Assembly: GCA_028682895.1 (NCBI GenBank)
Contig: JAJRAK010000029.1
Location: 7,156 to 71,155 of the forward strand
DNA: 64,000 bases
Reading direction: 5' to 3'
DNA from: Methanomassiliicoccales archaeon
GTDB lineage: Archaea; Thermoplasmatota; Thermoplasmata; Methanomassiliicoccales; UBA472
Of the stretch, positions 9,658-19,118 are shown piece by piece. Position numbers and translations under genes: made by a program. The notes under the pieces were generated by a model. The model was not told where the DNA came from, made no database searches, and was given only the letters and a program-made list of their open reading frames with translations. Within the stretch, counting starts at the first letter, position 1; every line of letters begins with the position of its first letter.

Positions 9658-10848
9658 TCACCTATCCTTCTGATGAGAGAGCCAGGTCTCTACCGCCCAG
9701 GTCAATGCCAATGCCACTATTGTATAGACCACCAATGCGGTCAGCTCCCCCATGCATCCATCCCAGCCCATGCCACTGACCATTACCGAACGGCCACCGA
9801 CGATGGCATAGGTAAGAGGATATAGGTACGAGATCGGCAGCAGGTATCCGGGCAAAGCCGATACGGGGATGACTATGCCCCCGAGCAAGATGGCCGGATA
9901 GATCAGCAGGGGCAGTATCACCATTGTCACCTGCGGAGCCCGGCCGTTGATGATGGACAGGAACCGGCCCATGCTGAAGCTGGCCAATGCCAATATGGTG
10001 AAGACCGTGAACGATGTCAGGTCGTCCCCGACCGTCATCACGCCATAGAGGTCGAACGTGATCAGCGCAATGGACGAGAGCACCATACCGATCACGCAAG
10101 CACGGACCGACTGGGCGAAGAGCGTCTCCCCGAGCGTATGATCGTCATCCTCCCTCTTGCCATTGGGGGACATCATCGCCGAGAGCAGTACGAGCATGAA
10201 TATCACCAGGCCTGCGATGGCCGGCGCCATGAAATCACGGGAGTCCGTCCCTTCGCCGTAGACCACGTCGATGGAAAAGCTCACTGGCTGCGATAGATTG
10301 AACATCGCCACCAGCACCTTTTGCATATCACGCTGGACCTCGATGCAAACAACACTGTACACCGAAGGATTGCTGCCGTCGACATATATCACCAGCGGAA
10401 TGGGAGCGCTGGAAGTGCCGTTCTTGGCATTTGTCAGCCATATCATGATGTCCCTGGTGAAGTTCTCGTTGAAGACCACGACCGCTTCGACATCACCGTC
10501 ATCCAGAGCGTCCAAGGCATCGTCAATGCTCGATCCGCCCTCGACCGTCACATCAAGCGTGGTGGTGTTTGACATGACGCCGATCACCGCGGATGAGATG
10601 GACATGTTGTTGAACCCCTGGTCCATGTCGACGACGTCGATGGGAATGTCACTGGTCGGTCCTTTCTCGAATGCCAGTGTAAATATGTTCAGTATCAGAA
10701 ATGTCATAACGGCGAGCACGGCAAGCTGTTTCAGGAACCTGCCGTCCATCTCATTCTTGATCGCGCCCTTCAACCCACTGTATCTCATCTTTGCACCATT
10801 CCTTCGTAATAGTAGGTAGGCCGCCGTTCTAGCTGCCGACCGGGCCAT
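9658..10848 (-). CDS. ABC-2 type transporter permease (YhhJ-like, large N-terminal extracytoplasmic loop); no ATPase gene adjacent
   Basis: One N-terminal TM, a ~150-aa loop, then about 5-6 C-terminal TM segments typical of ABC-2 permeases. ATG 10848 lies ~23 nt from the TATA-like box at 10865-10876. Confidence 0.7.
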   Translation of the reverse strand: MARSAARTAAYLLLRRNGAKMRYSGLKGAIKNEMDGRFLKQLAVLAVMTFLILNIFTLAFEKGPTSDIPIDVVDMDQGFNNMSISSAVIGVMSNTTTLDVTVEGGSSIDDALDALDDGDVEAVVVFNENFTRDIMIWLTNAKNGTSSAPIPLVIYVDGSNPSVYSVVCIEVQRDMQKVLVAMFNLSQPVSFSIDVVYGEGTDSRDFMAPAIAGLVIFMLVLLSAMMSPNGKREDDDHTLGETLFAQSVRACVIGMVLSSIALITFDLYGVMTVGDDLTSFTVFTILALASFSMGRFLSIINGRAPQVTMVILPLLIYPAILLGGIVIPVSALPGYLLPISYLYPLTYAIVGGRSVMVSGMGWDGCMGELTALVVYTIVALALTWAVETWLSHQKDR

Positions 10849-10864
10849 GATTGAGGGGCTACGA

Positions 10865-10876
10865 TTGATATAATTG
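10865..10876. promoter_or_regulatory. Single TATA-like element (ttGATATAATtg) shared by divergent genes
   Basis: Centred ~23 nt from ATG 10848 (minus strand) and ~26 nt from ATG 10897 (plus strand). The whole intergenic space is only 48 bp. Confidence 0.45.
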
Positions 10877-10897
10877 TTGTAACTTTGAGAGTTACAA
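10877..10897 (+). promoter_or_regulatory. Perfect 8-bp inverted repeat TTGTAACT-N5-AGTTACAA, candidate TrmB operator
   Basis: The arms at 10877-10884 and 10890-10897 are exact reverse complements. The repeat lies between the TATA-like box and the trmB ATG, over the expected transcription start. Confidence 0.5.
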
Positions 10898-11676
10898 TGT
10901 TTGAAAAACTGGTCAAGGAGCTCATGAAGTTAGGACTGTCCGAGTACGAAGCGAAGGTCTACTCCGGGCTCCTAGGCCTGGGAGAGGGAACTGCCAGGCA
11001 GGTCCACGAGGCCAGTGATGTACCTAGACCGAGGGTCTACGACATCCTGGAGTCCCTGGAGATGAAAGGTTACGTCGAGGTCTGGCAAGGATACCCGAAG
11101 AGCTATAGGGCCATTGACCCGGGGGACCTGATGATATCCCTGAGAGAAGGACTGGAAAGGTCCATACACCTGGCCACCGCGGAACTGAACGACCTCAGCC
11201 TGCAGGCGAAGAAGCGAACGTTCCCCATATGGCACATCAAGGGGGAGTTCGGCGTACGGAACCAGGTGAGAACGATGATCGCCGAGACGAACGACGAACT
11301 GCTCGTCATCTGCACCCGCTCATCGACCATGAGGAAGATATCCAAGGACCTGGTGAAAGTAGCGGAGAAGGCCGAGGTGCGATGCTTGTTGACCGATGGT
11401 GCCGATGCTTTCAGGAAGGCGATGCCGGGCGTCACCATAATCGAGCCAACGAGATTCACCGATCCATTGGCCAAGGCCTATTTCGAGGCGTACAAGGGCA
11501 AGATCGAGAAGAACGACGAAAGGTACCGACCTGAGCTTCTCATGGTGTTCGATGGGACCCGGTCATTGCTCACATATCAGGCCAATGATGAATGGACCGT
11601 CATCGTCTTCGAGCTTCCGCTGATAACGCAATTGCAGAAGAGCGCCATCGTGAACATGATGGAAGAAGGGCATTGA
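10897..11676 (+). CDS. TrmB family transcriptional regulator
   Basis: N-terminus MFEKLVKELMKLGLSEYEAKVYSGLLGLGEGTARQVHEASDVPRPRVYDILESLEMKGYV is the TrmB winged-helix signature. I chose ATG at 10897 over the TTG at 10885 because of the TATA spacing. Confidence 0.85.
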   Translation: MFEKLVKELMKLGLSEYEAKVYSGLLGLGEGTARQVHEASDVPRPRVYDILESLEMKGYVEVWQGYPKSYRAIDPGDLMISLREGLERSIHLATAELNDLSLQAKKRTFPIWHIKGEFGVRNQVRTMIAETNDELLVICTRSSTMRKISKDLVKVAEKAEVRCLLTDGADAFRKAMPGVTIIEPTRFTDPLAKAYFEAYKGKIEKNDERYRPELLMVFDGTRSLLTYQANDEWTVIVFELPLITQLQKSAIVNMMEEGH

Positions 11677-11709
11677 TCCGGATGATGGGGAAATGGTGTC
11701 CTCGGGACC

Positions 11710-13818
11710 TCATTTGGCCAAGCCATCTTCATCCCTGAAATAGAACATGCCCTTAGGCACGGTCATAAGGAAACGCACACCACGACCTGGCTCACCATGC
11801 TCTTCTATCGATATCCCCGTGATCTGAAGTATTTCCTTGGTCAGGAACATGCCCTGGCCTGTGTTCCTGCCCATCCCCTGCTTGAACAGGTTCTTCTTGT
11901 CCTCGAATGATATCCCTTCCCCATCGTCCTCATAGACCATTTGGAGCGTCCCATCGTCCTTGGGCTCGTATCTTAGGGATATCGACTTGACGCGGCCACC
12001 GTGACGGAGGGAGTTCTCCAGCAGATTATAGAAGACCTTTTCCAGCATCGTGTCGGCGAATACGTTCAACGGCCGTTGTTCGGTCTTGATATCGATACCG
12101 GTGAGGTCCAATTGGATGGTGGCCCGTTCGAACACCGTACCGACGTTCTGCCATACGGGCGCCTTCACCCCCAATTGTTCGTAGTCCTTGGCGAACTCGA
12201 TCAGTTCCATTATGGATTGGGTGTTCTTCTCCAATTTCAGTAGAATCTTCGTTTGGCGCTCCTTGTCCTCGACCCCTTCCAGTAATTGTATGTAGCTCCC
12301 TACGACCGTGAACCTGTTCAACAGGTCGTGCCGGGTGATGCCGGAGATGAGGCTCAATTTCTTGTTAGCTGCTTTCAACGATTCGGCCATCTTTCGGTCG
12401 CTGATGTCCCTGATAAGTAGCAGCATGTAGTCCTGATCATCGACCGTGATAGGTATGGCCGCCAGATATGCCCAGATACTTTTATCGCCCTTACTTTTTA
12501 CGAGGGTCTCGAAATCATTCACCGCACCCTCGTCCACCAATCTGCTCGAAAGGACCTTTATGTCATCGAGAGTGACCAGGTGGTCTGTCACCTTGGTCTT
12601 GAGAAGCTGCTCGTGTTCGCCCTGCAGCAGCTTGTCCATCTCAGGGTTCAGATAGACGAACGAGCCGTCGTTCCGATCGATGAGCGCCAAGGGCAACGGT
12701 ATGTTGTCGAGGAGCGAACGATATCGCAAGGCCTTGTGTTGGATGGCCGTCTCCAGGTTCTTGTGGTCGGTGATGTCGCGCATGTACAGTAGCGTGCCCA
12801 TGCTCATGCCAGCCTTGTCCTTCATCGCTATCGTGTGCGCATCGAAGAACCTTCGGAATCCTTCCTTGCCCAATTCGATCTCGACCTTGCCGGGCGGTGC
12901 CTTCGAGAGCAGACCTATGAGCCCCGGTTCGGAGGCGAACAGGTCATTCGCAGATGCTCCATTGAACGCCTTGGCATCGATCCCGATCACCTCACAGGCG
13001 GCCCGGTTCGCGTCAAGAACCCGTCCGGAACCATCTATCAGGAAGGATGGATCAGGAGTGTTGTCCCAGACGACGCTCCTGGCGATCGGGGTGATGTCGA
13101 ACAGATGATATCGGAACATGGCGAACATCAGGATGACGCCCATGAAGATGAGCAGGACCGGGGCGAAGGACATTCCGGGCCCGGGAGTGATGCCGACCAT
13201 CAATGATGCATCGCCAATGAAGGGAAGGGCGATGCCAACCGCCACCATGATGTCCCGCCTGCGGTAAATTCCCTTGACCTGGCCCATGTGGCGGACGAGC
13301 AGCGCGGTGGACGCGATTATTGCCAAGTAGGAATAGATCGCGGTGGAATAGAATACAGGGCCGAACCCGTTCGTCAGTACCAAAGAGCCGTCGTTGGATG
13401 AGAATACATATTCTGTGAAGAACAGCTGATGATAGCCGTTCGTGATCAAGATGATCATATTGACGATGGGTAATATGAACACGCTGAGACAAAGTCTGTA
13501 GGTGGGCTTTCGGGACGGATCGATATAGAAAATGACCGTCAGCAGTGCCATCACCGGTATCAGGATACTGAACGAATATTGGACCAGTTGCAGAACGATC
13601 TTGGTCGATTCCTCTGTCGACAGCAATATCAACGAGCTTGAAAGGGACCATCCGGCACTGAGCACCATCAAGCCAATGAATGGTATGGCCGAATGGTTCG
13701 CCCGATAGCGCCAAGAGTATGTGGCCAGGAACAGCAGGATCAATGTCGCCATGATCATTACGGTCATGAATACTGTTGTATCGATCGTCGCAGTGAGATC
13801 GATCTGCGGGGTTGCCAT
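11710..13818 (-). CDS. Sensor histidine kinase: N-terminal ~7-TM domain, two PAS-like domains, H-box (ITRHDLLN), HATPase_c
   Basis: Multiple N-terminal TM helices. H-box SGITRHDLLNRF. N-box FYNLLENSLRHGG. G-boxes DDGEGI and GQGMFL. ATG 13818 sits ~27 nt downstream of the TATA-like ctcTTTATAC (13841-13850, minus strand). Confidence 0.85.
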   Translation of the reverse strand: MATPQIDLTATIDTTVFMTVMIMATLILLFLATYSWRYRANHSAIPFIGLMVLSAGWSLSSSLILLSTEESTKIVLQLVQYSFSILIPVMALLTVIFYIDPSRKPTYRLCLSVFILPIVNMIILITNGYHQLFFTEYVFSSNDGSLVLTNGFGPVFYSTAIYSYLAIIASTALLVRHMGQVKGIYRRRDIMVAVGIALPFIGDASLMVGITPGPGMSFAPVLLIFMGVILMFAMFRYHLFDITPIARSVVWDNTPDPSFLIDGSGRVLDANRAACEVIGIDAKAFNGASANDLFASEPGLIGLLSKAPPGKVEIELGKEGFRRFFDAHTIAMKDKAGMSMGTLLYMRDITDHKNLETAIQHKALRYRSLLDNIPLPLALIDRNDGSFVYLNPEMDKLLQGEHEQLLKTKVTDHLVTLDDIKVLSSRLVDEGAVNDFETLVKSKGDKSIWAYLAAIPITVDDQDYMLLLIRDISDRKMAESLKAANKKLSLISGITRHDLLNRFTVVGSYIQLLEGVEDKERQTKILLKLEKNTQSIMELIEFAKDYEQLGVKAPVWQNVGTVFERATIQLDLTGIDIKTEQRPLNVFADTMLEKVFYNLLENSLRHGGRVKSISLRYEPKDDGTLQMVYEDDGEGISFEDKKNLFKQGMGRNTGQGMFLTKEILQITGISIEEHGEPGRGVRFLMTVPKGMFYFRDEDGLAK

Positions 13819-13938
13819 TACCAATCTATTCGATTTTTGTGTATAAAGAGTGAACTACACGAACATTTGATTGGTACTATTATCCTGAACGTCCGACCGC
13901 ATCGCATTGAAATGATGGCCGGCCCCTCGTGCGGTTAA

Positions 13939-15666
13939 TTACATCACATACAGAGCTGGCCGGTCCATATCTGGCATACTTTGATCGTTCGTTGGGACAG
14001 CCCTGAAACGACCTTTGGGCACCAGTATCTTGAACGTTACCCCTTTCCCTTCCTTCCCTTCCTCGCTCACACGGATCCCGGTCATGTCCAATATCTCCCT
14101 TATCAGGAAGAAACCGTACATGTGGCTGCCTCCGAAGCTGTTATGGAAGAGCAATAGTTTCTCATGCGCGGGTATGCCGTTCCCGTCATCGGTATAGACC
14201 AGTAGCAGGTCATCCCCTACGTAGCGCTGTGTGAGGTCTATCCTGGTCACATGACCACCGTGGCTCAGGGAGTTCTCCAACAGATTGAAGAACACCTTGT
14301 CGAGCATGGGGTCCGCCAGTATCTCGACCTTCACGGCCGATCTCACCTCCACACCTAAGAGCCCGAACGATGCCGCCACCGATGAGAACGAATAATCGAC
14401 GTCCAGCCACCGCGGGTCCCTTTCCCCCAGCTCCTGATAGTCCTTCATGAAGGATATCTGAGCGTCCATGGCGTTGAGTATCTCCTTGAACTTGGAGAAA
14501 CGAACTTCGGGGATGGAAGATTCCTTTTCCATAATCGTCAAACACTCGCTCATCGCCATGACCTCATTGGCAAGGTCATAACGACTGATGCGGTTCATTA
14601 TGCTCATCTTCTTCAATGTTCTTGCCATTCGATTGGAGGCGTTCTTGATATCAGTGATGTCATGGATGATCATCACGTGACCTACCACCTGACCCTTCGT
14701 GTTCTTCATCTTGTTGACGCTCAGATTGAACGACCGGCCTGGGACCAGTTCCACGTCCGACATGGACGCGTTCATCGACTCGGACCCGTTCCCGAACAGA
14801 TGGGATGGTATCGTCGGTAGAAGCTCGTTCACCGGGACGCTCATGCGATCGTTGGCATTGACGCCCAACAGCGAGCTGGCGAAGGTGTTCATGTACATGG
14901 GTCGGTTCTGATCGTCCAATACCAGCATCCCGTCCTTTGACGACCTGACGACGGCGTCGATGGTGAAGGGCACCGCACGGAACATGTCATAGTACATGAT
15001 CCCGAGGAATATCACCAGACTGCTGACGAGTATGCTTGCGATGAATATTATCGTCTGAGGCAGGTCGTGCCAGAACGGCATCAGTAGAGACATTAATATG
15101 GTCGGCGCGAGGAGCGATATCAAAAGCACCTTGTGCTGAGCCTGCAAGACCTTGGCGGTGGTGATGTGACTTCTCCATATTATGCTGCAAGCTGCCACCA
15201 TCTCACCGATCATCAGAATTACGATCGGATAGAACAGGACGCCGTGCTCGGCATCGAAGGACCTCAGCGGATCATCGGCAAGGACCACGCTGGTGTATAC
15301 CAGTTCATGATAGGAGTTTGTCGCCATCGCTGCGAGGAGACCGAAAGAGACCAGTGTCAGCGCTAATACGATCTTGTTCACCAGGTTCTTGTCCATCCCT
15401 GTGAACTGCATCACGAACATCAGCGACAGCAGAGGGATGAAGAGATTGCCGAAGTATTCCAGGTTGTTCCAGATCAATTTGCCTTCGATCGTAGGAGAAT
15501 AGACATCAGACACGTAGCCCAGCATGAACAGGATCACGACCATCTGAATGATGGCATACGTATAGTGATAGGGTTGCCGACCTAGCCTCAGCACCATCAG
15601 TAGAAGGAATACGGAGAATACCGCGGTGGTACTGATGAAAAGGGCCAATATCGTATCGATGTCCAT
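13939..15666 (-). CDS. Sensor histidine kinase paralog (7-TM, PAS, HATPase_c) with Tyr in place of the phospho-acceptor His
   Basis: Same architecture as the neighbouring kinase. N-box FFNLLENSLSHGG and DDGNGIP are present. The H-box position reads ISRYDLAN, with a TAT codon at about 14578-14580. Confidence 0.85.
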   Translation of the reverse strand: MDIDTILALFISTTAVFSVFLLLMVLRLGRQPYHYTYAIIQMVVILFMLGYVSDVYSPTIEGKLIWNNLEYFGNLFIPLLSLMFVMQFTGMDKNLVNKIVLALTLVSFGLLAAMATNSYHELVYTSVVLADDPLRSFDAEHGVLFYPIVILMIGEMVAACSIIWRSHITTAKVLQAQHKVLLISLLAPTILMSLLMPFWHDLPQTIIFIASILVSSLVIFLGIMYYDMFRAVPFTIDAVVRSSKDGMLVLDDQNRPMYMNTFASSLLGVNANDRMSVPVNELLPTIPSHLFGNGSESMNASMSDVELVPGRSFNLSVNKMKNTKGQVVGHVMIIHDITDIKNASNRMARTLKKMSIMNRISRYDLANEVMAMSECLTIMEKESSIPEVRFSKFKEILNAMDAQISFMKDYQELGERDPRWLDVDYSFSSVAASFGLLGVEVRSAVKVEILADPMLDKVFFNLLENSLSHGGHVTRIDLTQRYVGDDLLLVYTDDGNGIPAHEKLLLFHNSFGGSHMYGFFLIREILDMTGIRVSEEGKEGKGVTFKILVPKGRFRAVPTNDQSMPDMDRPALYVM

Positions 15667-15950
15667 TTATCACACTAACTAAGGTTTCGAACGCTGGTCA
15701 GAATATAAGCACATAACGATACATCTATTCAGAATCGATAATCAGACCCAAAATTATCAAAAAAGATGCCCAGAAAGTTTAGATGTTCCGAATGGTCGCA
15801 CATGAGGGACCTTTTTTACAATGGCACGACCTATTTGTGAGGAGCGCGTCATCATGGTTCGGCGACCAAAGATTATTTTTATCCCCGAAATGATGGAACG
15901 GCACTGACGAACGCTCCTGACTAGGAGCGGTCGAGGCGGGGAAGCGTAAA

Positions 15951-17249
15951 ATGTCCAAGAACGACCCGTTGGATCTCATGATAGAGGAGATAGCTCGCAT
16001 CCACAAGATCATGGGGCCTGACAAGGAAGGATACCGTCACGGAAGAAGGCTCATGCTCGACGCCGCCGACCAGCTGGACTACAACACCGGTTGGGCGCTC
16101 AGGACCATGCGCAAGGCGCGAAGGTCGTTCGAGGACGAGTGCCAGCTGATACGACGCTACAGCTCGTTCAAGAAGAAGTGGGCCCTCATGGACTCTTTCC
16201 ATTTCGGGGAGGAGGAAAAGGGACTGGAGCGTGAGCTGAACCGATTGCTTGGCAACGGCGATTTCGACGATTGCGAACCAGTGCTGGCAGATCTGGAGAG
16301 GTTGTTGGACCAGGACGTCTCGGACCATATCGAGATCGGGCTGCTGATGGAGGTCGCCGACCCGAACGTACAATTGGGAAAAGGGACGACCCTGACAATA
16401 ATGATGCACAACCACAGTGCCTTTCCCATACATGTGGACGCCCTGACCGGGCGCTCGGAACAGGCAACGATAAGCGTCCTCGATTTCTACAAGGGGGAGA
16501 TGCCATCGGCCAATGACCGCGGTTTCCAATTGAACGTCATACCAAAGGTCGAGGGCGACATCGCCGTAGAGGTAGAGACGACCATCGAGAACGATGGCCG
16601 CATGATTATCGTTCGCAAGTGCTTCTCGCTCAAGGTGTCATCCCCGCCGCAGGTGATGCAGGCGGTCCAGACCATCGCTCCTAATGATGTGCGGTACGCG
16701 AGACCGGCCTTCGCCATCCAGCCCCGCACCTCATCGTACGACCCATTGGAACTGGTGTCCTCAGGCACCGTGGACCAGTGGGCCGACTGCATAGAGGTCT
16801 TCGCCAGGGTGAGGACACCGATCGACCTGTCGGACATCGTGAAGAAGGAACCGGAGTTCATCAAGGCGGACGGGTACGCCAACCTGTTCAGATCATTGCT
16901 GGCGATGCCTTACGACCGTTCCATCGATTGGGACGTGTGGTTCAACCAGGCCGGTTTCGTAGGAGAGGACTTTACCAAGCGGTGCGCCAAGCTCCTGTTC
17001 CGCATGAGCTTCGATCGCTCGGTGGAACTGGAGATGGACGGCAGCGTGGGCAGCTCCAACATCGAGAATCTGATCGGGGCCATGCAGATCGCCTCCGGGG
17101 ACGTCAAAAGGGAGGAGCGGTCGCGCAAGTCGTGGAAGGTGGACGGTGAGATAGACGGGAACGCATTCTCGCTCACCGTAGAGAAGTCGGTAAGAAAGGA
17201 CGAGGCCGGGAAGGCCAGGGCGGCGATGTTCCGCATCGTCTCAGGCTGA
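15951..17249 (+). CDS. Hypothetical protein, 432 aa, no recognisable domain
   Basis: Long ORF with ordinary protein-like composition. Its 3' end overlaps the convergent 265-aa gene by 9 nt. Confidence 0.6.
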   Translation: MSKNDPLDLMIEEIARIHKIMGPDKEGYRHGRRLMLDAADQLDYNTGWALRTMRKARRSFEDECQLIRRYSSFKKKWALMDSFHFGEEEKGLERELNRLLGNGDFDDCEPVLADLERLLDQDVSDHIEIGLLMEVADPNVQLGKGTTLTIMMHNHSAFPIHVDALTGRSEQATISVLDFYKGEMPSANDRGFQLNVIPKVEGDIAVEVETTIENDGRMIIVRKCFSLKVSSPPQVMQAVQTIAPNDVRYARPAFAIQPRTSSYDPLELVSSGTVDQWADCIEVFARVRTPIDLSDIVKKEPEFIKADGYANLFRSLLAMPYDRSIDWDVWFNQAGFVGEDFTKRCAKLLFRMSFDRSVELEMDGSVGSSNIENLIGAMQIASGDVKREERSRKSWKVDGEIDGNAFSLTVEKSVRKDEAGKARAAMFRIVSG

Positions 17250-18038
17250 ATACATCCTGTCGATGATCTCTTTTGCCTTCTTCGAACTGCTGGCATCTCC
17301 CGTCGTCGAAGAGTCCACCAGTGAGCTTACCGCCCTCCAGCCCTTCTGAGGGACCGTTAGCGGCAACTTCGTCAGCACTAGGTTGCACTGCGTGTCCTGC
17401 AGGGACAGTGGCGGTTCGCTCAGGAATGCTATCGGCACGATGCCCAGATTTATGTCCAGGAACTTGGACAGCATGTACCCCAAACGTATCCTGTCCTTCT
17501 GCTCCGTGCCGCGGCAGGTGACCACGAACTTGATCTTCGGGTCCTTGGTGTAACCGTCGACGAGCCGGTTCAGGGTCGCCTTGGAGATGAGCGGCCTCAA
17601 TCCCTCTATCTCCTTCTCGAACGGGACCGGTTCCCATGATAGCTCCATTGGTGCCATCTCCCCGAGCGGGATGCCGTTGGCCTTCTCGTGCTCGTCTATC
17701 GCCCTTTCCACGTCCTGATATGAAAGGCCTTGCTCCAGGGCGCTGCGCGGGACGAGCAGCGTGTGCGTCAGTATCCCGCTCCTGCCCTTTTCGTCCAGCT
17801 TGCTGCGGCGGAATATCTTGGAGAAGTACACCCCTTCCGAACCTGAGGCGGAAGCAACGAGACGAGCCTCGCTGTTGTACATGTCCTCGGCGCTCACGTA
17901 GGCCGGGTCTATCGGGATGTAGTAGCCCAGGAACCTCTCGTACTCCTCGGGGTTGATGTTGGCGGACCTTGCCCGCTTAGCATAGCCCTTCTTCGGCACT
18001 GGACCGTAGATGAAATGCTCCACCTTGACGGTGCTCAT
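17241..18038 (-). CDS. Hypothetical protein, 265 aa, translationally coupled to the upstream GTPase gene
   Basis: The ATG at 18038-18036 overlaps the TGA of the 348-aa GTPase gene (ATGA). No domain I can name with confidence. Confidence 0.7.
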   Translation of the reverse strand: MSTVKVEHFIYGPVPKKGYAKRARSANINPEEYERFLGYYIPIDPAYVSAEDMYNSEARLVASASGSEGVYFSKIFRRSKLDEKGRSGILTHTLLVPRSALEQGLSYQDVERAIDEHEKANGIPLGEMAPMELSWEPVPFEKEIEGLRPLISKATLNRLVDGYTKDPKIKFVVTCRGTEQKDRIRLGYMLSKFLDINLGIVPIAFLSEPPLSLQDTQCNLVLTKLPLTVPQKGWRAVSSLVDSSTTGDASSSKKAKEIIDRMYSA

Positions 18039-19081
18039 CCCTTTACGCCCCTGAACTCCTGGTCCTCCTTGACCTCGTCAGGCATCTTATGGGCGATCTC
18101 CCGGAAGCGGTCGATGAAGCCCTTGTACTCATCGTAGGAATAATCGAGCTCGTGGCTGCCCTTCTCCGTCCTCAGACGGGGTATGACCTCCCCGTCCTCG
18201 TTCTGCTCGGTGTGTATCTCACTGAAGAAGTACGCGGACCTGTCGAAGGAGACGTTGGCGATCGCGGCACCCTTGGACAAGGCCATGGTGTCCTTGTAAT
18301 ACTTCATGAGGATCTCCTTGGCATAGTCCTCCTTGGTGAAGTCCGCCTTCTTCTTCAACATCGCGCGCAGGCCGCGCTCGTCGTTGCCAAGGTCGTCGAA
18401 CGTGTCAGGCCATCCGTTCGCCTTTATGATCTCCTTGTCCAGGAGGTCGAACTTGGTCAGCACGAATACGGGGTAGATCTTGGCCTTGTCCTCGTCCTTG
18501 TCATAGACCTGGGACTTGTACTTGGAAACGGCGGATATCAACGTGGCCATGAACACGTCGTAGTTGCGCATCTCGATGAAGCGCTCCGAACGGGCCTCGG
18601 CGTTGATCTTGCTCAGGTCGATGAGGAACACCAGGACGTTGCACTTCAAGAGCTCCTGGAACGACGTGCTCAACGAATCGAAGTTGAACTCACCCTTGTA
18701 CGTGCCGGTGGATATGGACTCGCGGTACTGCTCGATGGAGCGAAGGATGTCGAGGTCCTCACCGGCGATATCGTATACGGTGAAGTCCATTATATCGAAG
18801 CGGGAGGACGCCTTCTCTCCGACGGCGAAGAATCTGCGGTAGCCGTACTTGAACTTGTACTTGGCCATGTTGCCCTTCAGCGTGGCGTCGGCCCACTGCC
18901 CCTTCATGAGGTTGGTGCGGTGGTTGCCGAAGATGCTGGTGAAGGAGGGGTCCGTGGTGAAGCGGAACTCACCTGGACCGGAGTTCTCCCTTGAGTTGGT
19001 ATAGCGGACCTGTGACTCATACAAAAGACTGAGGAAGATCGTCTTCCCGCAGGATCTGTCCCCGAATATCGCGACCGGCAT
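18035..19081 (-). CDS. P-loop GTPase (TRAFAC/Ras-like motif set), 348 aa, unassigned family ('GTPase-A')
   Basis: G1 GDRSCGKT at residues 7-14, G3-like VYDIAGED, G4-like VLTKFDLL. A TATA-like box at 19105-19118 lies ~31 nt upstream of the ATG. Confidence 0.75.
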   Translation of the reverse strand: MPVAIFGDRSCGKTIFLSLLYESQVRYTNSRENSGPGEFRFTTDPSFTSIFGNHRTNLMKGQWADATLKGNMAKYKFKYGYRRFFAVGEKASSRFDIMDFTVYDIAGEDLDILRSIEQYRESISTGTYKGEFNFDSLSTSFQELLKCNVLVFLIDLSKINAEARSERFIEMRNYDVFMATLISAVSKYKSQVYDKDEDKAKIYPVFVLTKFDLLDKEIIKANGWPDTFDDLGNDERGLRAMLKKKADFTKEDYAKEILMKYYKDTMALSKGAAIANVSFDRSAYFFSEIHTEQNEDGEVIPRLRTEKGSHELDYSYDEYKGFIDRFREIAHKMPDEVKEDQEFRGVKG

Positions 19082-19104
19082 GATGATTGTGAGAGCCTGG
19101 CGGG

Positions 19105-19118
19105 AATAAATATATTTT
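19105..19118 (-). promoter_or_regulatory. TATA-like box for the GTPase-A / 265-aa operon
   Basis: The minus strand reads AAAATATATTTATT, centred ~31 nt upstream of ATG 19081. Confidence 0.4.

Noticed and set aside
18089-18994. Long ORFs antisense to real genes: 18089-18994, 55658-56701, 59606-60541, 21726-22592, 2096-3175, 44311-45234, 39056-39790, 26939-27673 and 13052-13714.
   Set aside because: They lie opposite or out of frame to ORFs with clear family signatures. Their translations are Arg/Gly/Val/His-rich low-complexity sequence, typical of shadow ORFs in GC-rich DNA. They have no motifs or start-site support.
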